Positions 50,950-62,809 of a DNA stretch of 64,000 nucleotides are shown here, in pieces; the first letter of the stretch is position 1; each line of letters opens with the position of its first letter. The notes beneath the pieces are model-generated. The model saw nothing but the letters and a program-made list of their open reading frames with translations, ran no database searches and was not told the DNA's origin. The DNA comes from Squalus acanthias. Lineage: Eukaryota. The translations under genes were made by a program, and so were the position numbers. The stretch spans positions 2,294,001 to 2,358,000 of the forward strand of contig CM059449.1 in NCBI GenBank assembly GCA_030390025.1, read 5' to 3'.

Positions 50950-51735
50950 TTATAGAATAATAGAATCACACAGCACAGAAGGAGGCCATTCGGCCCATTG
51001 TGCCTGTGCCTACTCTCTGAAAGTGCTATCCAATTAATCCCACTCCCCTGCTCTTTCCCCATAGCTCTGCAATCTTTTCCTTTTCAAGTATTTATCCAAA
51101 TCCATTTTGAAAGTTTCTACTGAATCTGCTTCCACCGTCCTTTCAGGCAGTGCATTCCAGAACATCATAACTCACTGTGTAAAAAAAAAAAAAAATTCTC
51201 CTAATGTTTCCCTCTGTTATTTTGCCAATTACCTTTCTATCTGTGTCCTCTGGTTGCTGACCCACCAGCCAGTGCAAACAGTTTCTCCTGACTTACTCTA
51301 ACAATACCCTTCATAATTTTGAACTCCTTGATCAAATCTCCCCATAACCTTTTTTGGTCTAAGGAGAACAATCCCAGCTTCTCCAGTCTCTCCAAATAAC
51401 TGAAGTCCTGATCCCTGGTGCCATTCTAGGAAATCTCCTCTGCACCCTCTCCAAGGCCTTGACATGTTTCCTAAAGTGTGATGCCCAAATTGGCCACAAT
51501 TTTCCAGCTGATGCCTAACCAGTGTTTTATAAAGGTTTAGCATGGCTTCCTTGCTTTTGTACTCTATCCCTCTAATTATAAAGCCAAGAGTCCCGTATGG
51601 TTTTTTAACAGGCTTATCAGCTTGTCCTGCAACCCTCAAGGATTTGCGTATGTGAACCCCAGGTTTCTCTAATCTGGTACCCCCTTGAAAATTGTACCAT
51701 TTTTAAAAAATTGCCTCTCCTCATTCATCCTTCCA
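50950..51735 (-). mobile_element. CR1 3' part, paralogous to 5251-6028
   Basis: Colinear with the CR1 in gene 1 intron 2. Confidence 0.85.
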
Positions 51736-51981
51736 GTCACACACATCAGAATCTGAAATATAAAAGTTTGTTAATACGCACAGATTAATGTTTCTGCCAG
51801 TGAGCATGAATTTGTAGTTTATTGTGAAAGTAAATGGATTATTCCACTGAAATAAACATTATTTTCTCTGGTAAACCGTAACATTCTGTTCAACGAAGAG
51901 AGGAGTGAATCTGTCTGGATATGGTAGCCTGGTGTTTATGTGCTGGTCTGGTAACCAGAGGTTGATAGTTCAAATCCCCCG

Positions 51982-53426
51982 TGGGGATGGCCTTAGCAAG
52001 GTGTTCGTCGTCATCGATGACATGTTGAAGGCTGCGAAGAACATGGCGTAGTTTTTCCGCTCCGGGGAAGTACTGGACGACGTAGGGTACTCTGTTGGTT
52101 GTGTCCCGTGTTCGTCTTCTGAGGAGGTCTATGCGGTTTTTCGCTGTGGCCCGTCGGAACTGTCGATCGACGAGTCGAGCGTCATATCCCGTTCTTACGA
52201 GGGCGTCTTTCAGTGTCCGTAGGTGTCCATCGCGTTCCTCCTCGTCTGAGCAGATCCTGTGTATTCGCAGGGCTTGTCCATAGGGGATGGCTTCTTTAAC
52301 GTGGTTAGGGTGGAAGCTGGAGAAGTGGAGCATCGTGAGGTTGTCCGTGGGCTTGCGGTAGCTTGAAGTGCTGAGGCGTCCGTCTTTGATGGAGATTCGT
52401 GTGTCCAAGAATGAAACCGATTCTGAGGAGTAGTCCATGGTGAGTTTGATGGTGGGATGGAACCTGTTGATGCTATCGTGTAGTCCTTTCAGTGATCCTT
52501 CGCCGTGGGTCCAAAGGAAGAAGATGTCGTCGATGTATCTGGTGTACAGCGTTGGTTGGAGGTCCTGTGCAGCGAAGAAGTCTTGCTCGAACTTGTGCAT
52601 GAAGATGTTGGCATATTGGGGTGCGAATTTGGTCCCCATGGCTGTTCCGTGTGTTTGGGTAAAAAAATGGTTGTCGAAGGTGAAGACATTGTGGTCAAGG
52701 ATGAAGCGGATGAGTTGTAGGATGGCGTCCGGAGATTGGCTGTTGTTGGTGTTGAGTACTGAGGCTGTCGCAGTGATGCCGTCATTGTGGGGGATATTGG
52801 TGTAGAGTGCCGATACGTCCATTGTGACGAGGAGTGTTCCTGGTTCAACTGGTCCATGAGTGCTGAGTTTCTGCAAGAAGTCTGTAGTGTCGCGACAGAA
52901 GCTGGGGGTTCCCTGTACGATGGGTTTCAGGATGCCCTCGACGTACCCAGAGAGGTTCTCACACAGGGTTCCGTTGCCTGATACGATAGGACGTCCGGGT
53001 GTGTTGGCTTTGTGTATCTTTGGGAGGCAGTAAAAGTCTCCTACGCGGGGAGTACGTGGGATGAGAGCGCGTAGGATGTTTTGAAGGTCTGGATCGAAGG
53101 TCTTGATCAGTCTATTGAGTTGGCGGGTGTGTTCTTTGGTCGGATCTGCGGGTAGCACAAAGGCTAACACAAGAACCTACACAGATTGACAGGATATGCA
53201 GCCAGCAGGTGGTTTGACACGTTGGACCCCCTGGGACACATCTCATTGTCTTGGCTATGCTCTTTGATGTAGGAAAGATTTGAATATATTTTGTCTGTGT
53301 TTAAATTGTGAATTCTGGGAGATTCTCTCACTGCTAAACTTACCTGACGAAGGAGCGAACTGCTCCGAAAGCTTGTAAAATTAAATAAATCTGTTGGACT
53401 ATAACCTGGTGTTGTGCGACTTCTCA
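51982..53426 (-). mobile_element. Young Penelope-like element: open RT ORF (minus) with an inverted pseudo-LTR (plus, about 53157-53426)
   Basis: About 390 stop-free codons with LPKIHK..GRPIVS, MDVSALYTNI, GTAMG, RYIDD and FLD; CpG-rich; truncated before GIY-YIG. Confidence 0.93.
53340..53378 (+). ncRNA. Minimal type I hammerhead ribozyme in the Penelope pseudo-LTR
   Basis: TTAC-CTGACGA-A-GGAGC-GAACT-GCTCC-GAAA-GC-T-T-GTAA: core, perfect stem II, stem I TTAC/GTAA, palindromic AGCT stem III. Confidence 0.75.
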
Positions 53427-55015
53427 TTTTTATAAAGGTTTAGCATAGCTTCCTTGCTTTTGTACTCTATGCCTCTAATTATAAAGCCAAGGGTCCCGTA
53501 TGGTTTTTTAACAGGCTTATCAGCTTGTCCTGCAACCCTCAAGGATTTGCGTATGTGAACCCCAGGTTTCTCTAATCCGGTACCCCCTTGAAAATTGTAC
53601 CATTTTTTAAAAATTGCCTCTCCTCATTCATCCTTCCATAATGCATCACTTCACACTTCTCTGTTTTAAATTGCACCTGCCATGTGACTGCCCATCTCAC
53701 CAGTCTGTCGCTGTCCTCCTGAAGTCTTCTACTATCCTTCTCACTAGATTTCCGAGTTTTGTGTCCTCTCCAAACTTTGAAATTATGCCCTTTATACCCA
53801 AGTCCAGGTCATTAATATAGTTCAAAAAGAGCAGTGGTCCCAACCCCGACCCCTGGGGGACACCACTGTATTCTTCCCTCCAGTCTCAAAAGCAACCGTT
53901 CACCACTACTGTCTGCTTTCCATTCCTTGGCCAATTTCATATCCATACAGCCCCTTCCCCTTTAATCCCATGAGCTTCAATTTTGCTAAGAAGTCTAACA
54001 TGTGGTACTTTATCAAACGCCTTTTGAAATTCCATTTACACAGCATCAACTTCACTACCCTCATCAACCCTCTCCATCATTTCATCAAAGAACTTAATCA
54101 AGTTAGTCAGATACGATTTGCCGGCTCTCCTTTATTAACCCATATTTTTCCAAGTGCCAAGTAATTGTGTCTCAAAGTTTCCCCACCACCGACGTTAGGC
54201 TGACTGGCCTGTAATTGCCAGGTTTTTCCTCTCCCCTTTTTTGAATGGGGTGAAACATCTGCAACCCTGCAGTCCTCGGGCACCTCTCCCATATCTAAGG
54301 AGGATTGGAAGATTGTGGCTAGAGCCTCCGCAATTTTCACCCTTCCCTCAGCAACTGAGGGTGCATCCCACCCGGACCGGGTGACTTTTCTACTTTGATC
54401 GCTGACAACCATTTATGAACTCTTTATTTATTTTTATCCTATCCAATATCGCTATTGCCTCCTCCTTTACATTGGCAGCATCCTCCTCTCCAATGAAGAC
54501 AGATGCAAAGTACTCATTTAGTAGCTCAGCCATGCCCTCTGCCTCCACAGGAAGATCTCCTTTTTGGTCCCTAATTGGCCCCACCCTTCTCTTGACTACC
54601 CTTTTTATAAAAGACTTCAGTGTTCTCTTTTCTATTATCTGCTAATCTATTCTCATACACTCTCTTTGCCCCTCTTATTTCCTTTTTCAGTTCTCCTCTG
54701 CACTTTCTGTATTCGGCTTGGTTCTCTACTGTATTAAGAACCTGACATTTATCACAAGCCTCCTGTTACTGTTTCAGTTTAACCTCAATATCTTTAGACA
54801 TCCAGCAAGCTGTAGCTTTGGATGCCCTTGCGTTCGCCCTGATAGGAATGTGTCCAGTCTGTACCTGAACTAGCTCCTCCTTGAAGGCCTCCCACTGCTC
54901 ATTTACTGTTTTACCTGCCATTCGTTGTCTCCAATCCACCTTGGCCAGACCCCTTTTCAGCTGACTGAAATGAACCCTCTTCCAGTTGGGTATCTTCACT
55001 TTTGATTGTTCCTTG
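53427..55015 (-). mobile_element. CR1 segment nearly identical to 5817-7400
   Basis: Direct comparison with gene 1 intron 2. Confidence 0.88.
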
Positions 55016-55615
55016 TCTCTTTCCCATTCTCAACCTAATCATATTGTTTCCATTACTGTAATTGGAACTGAATTGGTTCCAGTCACACACATCAGAATCT
55101 GAAATATAAAAGTTTGTTAATACGCACAGATTAATGTTTCTGCCAGTGAGCATGAATTTGTAGTTTATTGTGAAAGTAAATGGATTATTCCACTGAAATA
55201 AACATTATTTTCTCTGGTAAACCGTAACATTCTGTTCAACGAAGAGAGGAGTGAATCTGTCTGGATATGGTAGCCTGGTGTTTATGTGCTGGTCTGGTAA
55301 CCAGAGGTTGATAGTTCAAATCCCCCGCCCCCCTCTACATGACAGTTATTGAAACTGAATTCAATAAATCTATTAGTTTGTGGGTCAGGACCAGCACAAA
55401 CGTCCCACTGCAATTATCCCAATTTAGATCCAGTACCACATCTGTACCAACTGATGGCAGAGGTCAAGAACAGCGATCCGTTCTGGAACAAAACCCTGTT
55501 AAAAATCCTCTGCTGAACCATCCCTTTCAATAATTACACACTGCATGGACAATATTTATCCAACAGATGTATTAGTAGAATAAAAAATTATGCAGGTTAT
55601 TTTCCATATTTGTAG

Positions 55616-55900
55616 TGTCTGGGAGTCAACCTGAGATCCATGTTGAAGGATTCCATGAGCGAGGGGGGAGTCTTGTGTGTAAATCCAGTGGATGGTACCC
55701 GGCCCCTGAGGTATCCTGGAGATACACAGATGGACCGGACATTTCTGCACCGTCTAAAATCCTGAATACTACAGAGTCCAGCGGAGCTGTCAATATCGAA
55801 AGTCACATGAACATCACAAAGGATCTTGGGGAAAGCTACTCCTGTCTGATAAGGAACAGATTGCTCTTCGAGGAAAGAGAAGGGATTATTGAGATAGCAG
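55616..55900 (+). CDS. BTN-like gene 2, IgC exon
   Basis: Open 285-nt paralogue of 7820-8104 with intact splice sites. Confidence 0.93.
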
Positions 55901-56048
55901 GTCAGTGACGAGCCCTCCTGAACAGAGGGTTGATGACATATTTATGAAATATTCACATGAACACATTCACCAGTCTGATAGATTTATTGTTTGACATGTC
56001 AATGGTATCTTAGTTCTACAAGAAATAAGTTTGTTTGTTTATTTACAG

Positions 56049-56198
56049 ATGAGTTTTTCCCTCAGGAGATGGGAGTTTCAGGATGGAGTGTGGCTTTCTG
56101 GATATTCACGCTTCTCAATGCTATTCTAATAATTGCAGCTCTTCTCTACTGGTTTGAACGATGGAATGGTGTTTTCTATACATGGAAAGAATTGAAAG
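56049..56198 (+). CDS. BTN-like gene 2, transmembrane exon (gene 3'-incomplete in this window)
   Basis: [50 protein letters not shown]; intact splice sites. Confidence 0.9.
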
Positions 56199-56849
56199 GT
56201 AACATCTTACAAAAAATGTTTAGAATTGTGTAAACACTGAAATATACAGAAAATCATTTTTTCTTATAATTGTCCAGAACAAGATGATCCATAATCTCGC
56301 AGTAACAGTGATTTAATATCACTGCGTTCCATTTCACTAAAATACATCACAGTACAAACCATCACTGACTGATCCGGGATTGGGAAAGCCTACATTTGGC
56401 TGCAGAACTCTGAATTGCTGTTCCATATTCCAGTGGAGTTTCACAGTCTCTCTGTGCTGGATACCTCCAGCTCTACCTGCTTCACACCACCTAACACACA
56501 GGAAAAAATCCTTACATGTGAACTTACAACAGGTTACATTTTAGATACACGTTTTCCATCATTTTGAAAAACTGCTGCTTGCTGCACTAGAAATGCTATA
56601 AACAGAAACAGCCCTGAAATTGCTGTCAGTGACATTAGGAGGAATGGTTAACCGCGTCATATGTAATTCCTTTGTTTGCTATGTCAATTAAATTTAAACA
56701 TTTATTTAAGACTACTCCGTCTCCTGCGGGCATTCCACACGTGAAGTCAAAACCAAAAGAAATCTTCAGGTGGAGCGGGATATGAGCATGTTGGGGGGTG
56801 CTGGGAGGGGGTCGTGTAGTAAGTAATCAAACCAGGTCTTGTAGATGAA

Positions 56850-58630
56850 TCATAGACTGGTTACAGCACAGAAAGAGGCCATTCAGCCCATCAAGCCTGT
56901 GCTGGCTCTCTGCAAGAGCACTTCAGCTGGTCCCTTTCCCCGTAGCCCTGCAAATTATTTTCCTTCAGGTACTTATCCAACTCCCTTTTGAAAGCCACGA
57001 TTGAGTCTGCCTCCACCACCCTTTCAGGCAGTGCATTCCAGATCCTAACCACTCGCTGTGTAAAAAAGGTTTTTCCTCATGTTGGCTTTGGTTCTTCTGC
57101 CAATCACCTTAAAACTGTGCCCACAGGTTCTCGACCCTTCCATGAGTGGGAACAGTTTCTCTCTATCTACTCTGTCTAGACCCCTCATCATTTTGAACTC
57201 CTCTATCAAATCTCCTCTCAACCTTCTCTGCTCTGAGGAGAACAACCCCAGCTTCTCTAGTCTATCCACGTAACTGAAGTCCCTCATCCCTGGAATCATT
57301 CTCGTAAATCTTTTCTGCACCCTCTCTAAGGCCTCACATCCTTCCTAAAGTGTGGTGCCCAGAATTGCAGACAATACTCCAGTTGAGGTCGAACCAGTGT
57401 TTTATAAAGGTTCATCATAACTCCCTTGCTTTTGTACTCTATACCTCTATTCGTGAAGCCCAGGATCCCGTATGCTTTTTTTAACTGCTTTCTGAATCTG
57501 CCCTGCCACCTTCAACAATTTGTGCACATATAACCCAGGTCTCTCTGTTCATGCACCCCCTTCAGGATTGTACCATTTAGTTTATATTGCCTCTCCTCAT
57601 TCTTCCTACCAAAACGTATCACTTCGCACTTTGAGAACATGGCAGATGGAATATAATGTGGATAAATGTGAAGTTATCCACTTTGGTAGAAAAAACAGAA
57701 AGGCAGAGTATTTCCTAAATGGTGAAAGATTGGGGAATGCAGATGCTCAAAGGGACCTGGGTGTCTTTGTACATGAGTCACTGAAAGTGAATGTGCAGGT
57801 GCAGCAAGCCATTAGGAAGGCAAATGGTATGCTGGCCTTCATTACAAGATGATTTGAGCTCAGGCGTAAAGAAGTCTTACTCCAATTATATAGGGCCTTG
57901 GTGAGACCACACCTGGAGTACTGTGTACAATTTTGGTCTCCTTACCTAAGGAACGACATACTTGCCATAGAGGGAGTGCAACGAAGGTTCACGAGATTGA
58001 TTCCTGGGAAGGCGGGACTGTCGTATGAGAAGAGATTGAGTAAACTAAGCCTGTATTCTCTTGAATTCAGAAGAATGAGAGGGGATCTCATTGAAGCATA
58101 CAAAATTATTACAGGGCTTGATGGGATGGATGCTGGGAGAATGTTTCCCTTGGCTGGGGAGTCTAGAACCAGAGCCCACAGCCTCAAGATAAAGGGTAGG
58201 CCATTCAGGACTGAGATGAGCAGAAATTTCTTCACACACAGGGTGGTGAATCTTTGGAATTCTCTACCCCAGAGGGCTGTGGAGGCTCAGTCATTGGGTA
58301 TATTCAAAACAGAAGTCGATAGATTTCTGACTAGTAAGGGCATCAAGGGATATGGCGATAGGGCCGGTGAATGGAGTTGAGGCAGAAGATCAGCCATGAT
58401 CTCATTGAATGGCGGAGCAGGCTCGAAGGGCCGAATGGCCTACTCCTGCTCCTATTTCTTATGTTCTTATGTTCTGTGTTAAATTTCATCTGCCACGTGT
58501 CCGCCCATTTCACCAGCCTGTCTGTCTTTTTGAAGTCTATCACTGTCCTCCACTATTCACTCTACTTCCAAGTTTTGTGTCATCTGCAAATTTTGAACTT
58601 GTGCGCTGTATACCCAAGTCCAAGTCATTG
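56850..58630 (-). mobile_element. CR1 (paralogue of 9800-11280) with a nested + strand CR1 at about 57633-58472
   Basis: The host resumes at tctgtgttaaattt; nested ORF 57898-58380. Confidence 0.88.
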
Positions 58631-58632
58631 AT

Positions 58633-59890
58633 GGAAAATGATGGAAGGGGTCATCGACAGTGCTATCAAGCGGCACTTACTCACCAATAACCTGCTCACC
58701 GGTGCTCAGTTTAGGTTCTGCCAGGACCACTTGTCTCCAGACCTCATTACAGCCTTGGTTCAAACATGGACAATAGAGCTGAATGCCAGAGGTGAGGTGA
58801 GAGTGACGACCCTTGACGTCAAAGCAACATTTGACTGAGTGTGGCATCAAGGATCCCTAGTAAAATTGAAGTCCGTGGGAATCGGGGGTAAAACACTCCA
58901 CTGGCTGGAGTCATACCTAGCACAAAGGAAGATGGTTGTGGTTGTTGGAGGCCAATCATCTCAGCCCCAGGACATCACTGCAGGAGTTCCTCAGTGCAGT
59001 GTCCTCGGCCCAACCATCTTGCGATGCTTCAAAAATGACCTCCTTTACATCATCAGGTTAGATGTGGGGATGTTCGCTGATGATTGCAGTTTTCAATTCC
59101 ATTCACAACTCCTCAGCTAATGAAGCAGTCCATGCCCACATGCAGCAAGGTCTGGACAACATTCAGGCTTGGGCTGATAAGTGGCAAGTAACATTCGTGC
59201 CACACAAGTGGCAGTCAATGACCATCTCCAACAAGAGATTGTCTAACCACCTCACCGTGATATTCCATGGCATTACCATTGTCTAATCCGCCACCATCAA
59301 AATCCTGGGGGTCACCATTGACCAGAAACCTCCTGACTCTCCAAAGCCTTTCCACCATCTACAAGGCACAAGTCAGGAGTGTGATGGAATACTCTCCACT
59401 TACCTGGATGAGTGCAGCTACAACAACACTCAAGAAGCTCGACACCATCCAGGACAAAGCCATCCTCTTGATTGGCAGCCCATCCACCACGTTAAACATC
59501 CACTCCCTCCACCACCGGCGCACCGTGGCTGCAGTGTGTGCCTTCTACAAAATGCACTGCAGCAACTCACGAAGGCTTCTTCAACAGCACCTCTCAAACA
59601 TGTGACCTCCACCACTTAGAAGGACAAGGGCAGCAGGCGCATGAGAACACCATCACCTTCAAGTTCCCCTCCCAAGTCACACACCATCTTGACTTGGAAA
59701 TATATCGGCTTTTCCTTCATCATCGCTGGGACAAAATCCTGGAACTCCCTCTTGAACGCACTGTGGGAGTACCTTCACCACAGGGACTGCAGCAGTTCAA
59801 GAGGGCGGCTCACCACCACCTTCTCAATGGCAATTATGGATGTGCAATAAATGCTGGCCTTGCCTGCGACGCCCACATCCCATGAATGAA
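58633..59890 (+). mobile_element. LINE RT/3' part paralogous to 15646-18350, without the nested CR1
   Basis: Colinear homology. Confidence 0.88.
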
Positions 59891-61999
59891 ATTTTTTTTA
59901 AATTACGCACGTAAGATGCACCTAAGTATCTGCGATCTTTTAAGTGCATCTGTTAAACCCTGCGTGTGAATGAGTCTCCGCCCCCAAACTAGGCCACACC
60001 CCAAGCCCCGAAACGAGCGTTTCCTCCAATTGCGTTTTATTGGGGGTCTCAACATTGCGCCCAGATTCTCAGATGGTCATATGTATCCAGCATAAATCAG
60101 CTGACCCGTAGTGAATTGAAGCCTCCAGCCTCTCCTTACGCTGCAGAAATCCAGTTCACAGGTTGAAAAACCCTGAAGGGTGGCTCATTTTCTGTCTGCA
60201 ACAGTGCTCTTTCTAATGTTGGAGGAGTAGGAGGAGGGAGAGGAGAAAGAGGTCACGAGACTCGAGGCCCAAGGGGTTAAGCGCCACAGGAGGAGACTGC
60301 ACTCCACTCGCAGGTACCCTGCCCACAGAGTGTACAGGCCTGGAATGAGTTATGAGTTGCTGGCTGTGGTACAGACCGAGGTACAATGAGGTGCATGTGT
60401 CCAGCAGGCAGGTCATGGAGAGAACAATTGGGGAGCTGAAGAGCTGCTGCAGGTGCCTGGACAGGTGTGGGGGTGTACTTCAGTATCCCCCAGAGAGGGT
60501 GACTGGGACTGTGGGAGTGCTGCCCCTGCACAACTTGTCATTGATTTAAGGTCTGGACCTCGAGATCCCGGGAGAGGAGCTGATAGGGACGGAAGATCCA
60601 GCGCTGTGAGTCCCGGAGCAGAGGGACACGGCCCTTGTGCAGGAGGCAGGCGTCCAACAGGCCAGTGCAATCTGAGCGGACTTGTGATTCAGGTTTTTAC
60701 CCAACGAGCCCCCTCCCCCCGCGGCCACGAGCAGAAGCCTCACACACTGATCCGTTCAAAGTCAAAACCATTTTTTACAAAAAGTTTAAAGTTCCAACTG
60801 TCAACAAGAAATAGATCATTTATATAACACTTTTTCAATTGTTAAAAATTAACAAATATCTAAACAACTAAGTTGTTTAGTTTCAATATAAAACACTACA
60901 AATTTGAAGAAACATTCTGAACAATAAAACTGTACAAGTGCAAACATTTAATTTATTGTTTTTAAAATGGAGTCCAAACATTGTAAACTTTATCAACTTT
61001 GTACGAATTTTTATAATATCATAAAACTTTAGTAAATGTTAACATCCTTCTTTAAAGTTTTATCACAGGATGAATGTCTTCCACCCTCTCCTGCCACTTG
61101 GCAACAAGGAGGTCATAGAGATGGGCTCAAATTTCCCCCACTCTCTCACCCTCCCTTGTCCCCCACGTTCAGACGAGCTCTTTTGCCAGCTGCCTCCCTC
61201 CGCTGCCTACCAGCCACCATGCAAGACTTTCCCTTTTGACATCCAATTTTCTAAATTTGCGGACGACACCAAATTAGGGAGGGGATAGTCAATACTGAGG
61301 AGGACTGCAACAAATTACAGGAAGACATTAATAAACTTGCAGAATGGGCAATAATTGGCAAATGAAATTCACCACAGATAAATGTGAGGTATTACATTTT
61401 GGTAGGAAGAATAGGGAGGTCACTTATTAGTTGGAGGGTGCGGGTCTGGGTGGGTAGAGGAGCAAAGGGATCATAGAATCCTCGAATGATACAGCACAGA
61501 AGGAGGCCATTCGGCCCATCGTGCCTGTGCCGGCTCTTTGAAAGAGCTGTCCAATTAGTTCCACTCCCTGCCCTCTGCCCCACTCTTTCCCCATAGCCCT
61601 GAATTTTTTTTCGCTTTCAAGTATTTATCCAATTCCCTTTTGAAAGTTATTATTGAATCTGCTTCCACCACCCATTCAGACAGTGCATTCCAGATCATCA
61701 TAACTCGCTGCGTAAAAAGAAATTCTCCTAATAAGTTCTTTTGCCAAGTACCTTAAATCTGTGTCTTCTGGTTACTGACCCTTCAAGCATTGCAATCAAA
61801 CACCTATATCAAATGATTTTATTCAATTTATTTAATTAACTGAATTTAAATTCCCCAACTGCCGTGGTCAGATTTGAACTCATCTCTTTGGATTATTAGT
61901 CCAGGCCTCTGGATTACTAGCCCAGTGACATTACCACTACACTACATTCCCCTTATCGAACTATCAAATCCCCTACCACTATTGCTCTTCCACTCTTCC

Positions 62000-62560
62000 C
62001 CCCTGTGCAGCTGAGCCATTCGTGGTGCCGTGGACTTGACTCTGGCTGCACTCCCCAGAGGAACCATCGCAGTCACCAGTACTCAGAACAGAATACTGGT
62101 TGGAGAGCGCGATGCACTTCGGGGACTCTTGCACTACCTGCCTGGTCCTCCTCCTTCTCTCTGGCGGTCACCCATTCCCTCTCTGCCTGCACACTCTTAA
62201 GCTGCGGGGTGACCACCTCGAGAAACGTGCGATCCACGTAACTCTCAGCCTCGCGGTTGCACCGCAGTGACTCCAGCCGCCGCTCAAGCTCCGAAACCCA
62301 GAGCTCGAGTTGCTGTAGCTGGCGACACTTCTTGCACATATGGTTGTCCAGGCTACGCGAAGCGTCCAGGACTTCCCACATGGCACAGGATGTGCACTCC
62401 ACGGGACTGAGCTGTCCTGCCATGCCTCTATTTAATAGACTAAGAACTAACTTAGCAGAAATAAACTTAAAACTCAACAAAAAACACTCACCAGCTACTC
62501 ACCAATCAGCTCCTTCCCTTGTGTCACTTTTTATACCTGCTGTCCTGTGATGTCACACCT
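62000..62560 (-). mobile_element. CR1 5' region and ORF1 N-terminus (zinc finger and leucine zipper)
   Basis: MAGQLSPVECTSCAMWE..HMCKKCRQLQQLELWVSELERRLESL. Confidence 0.8.
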
Positions 62561-62809
62561 TGGTTTTTTTTGGACTCCTGGACTTTTCTCCTCTCTGCTC
62601 CAGTTCCTGGCTAGGTCCGCTCCTCCTTGGCTGCTCAGTGAGTCTGCAAGAGGAGACAAGTTAGAGACAGTTCAAACCCTCTACACAGCAGTTTAAATTA
62701 GTTACTGTGGAAGTTTACAAGATAGAGAGTTGTATGTTGCTTCACTCCCAGTCTCCAGCCCCACTTCGAAGGGGAAATGGTTTTTCCACCACTTTTTATA
62801 CTACCCCAC

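Larger units (their letters stand above)
44317..61786 (+). repeat. Segmental (tandem) duplication of about 2614-20478
   Basis: Colinear homology of the upstream region, exons, introns and shared old transposons, interrupted by copy-specific insertions and deletions. Confidence 0.95.
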
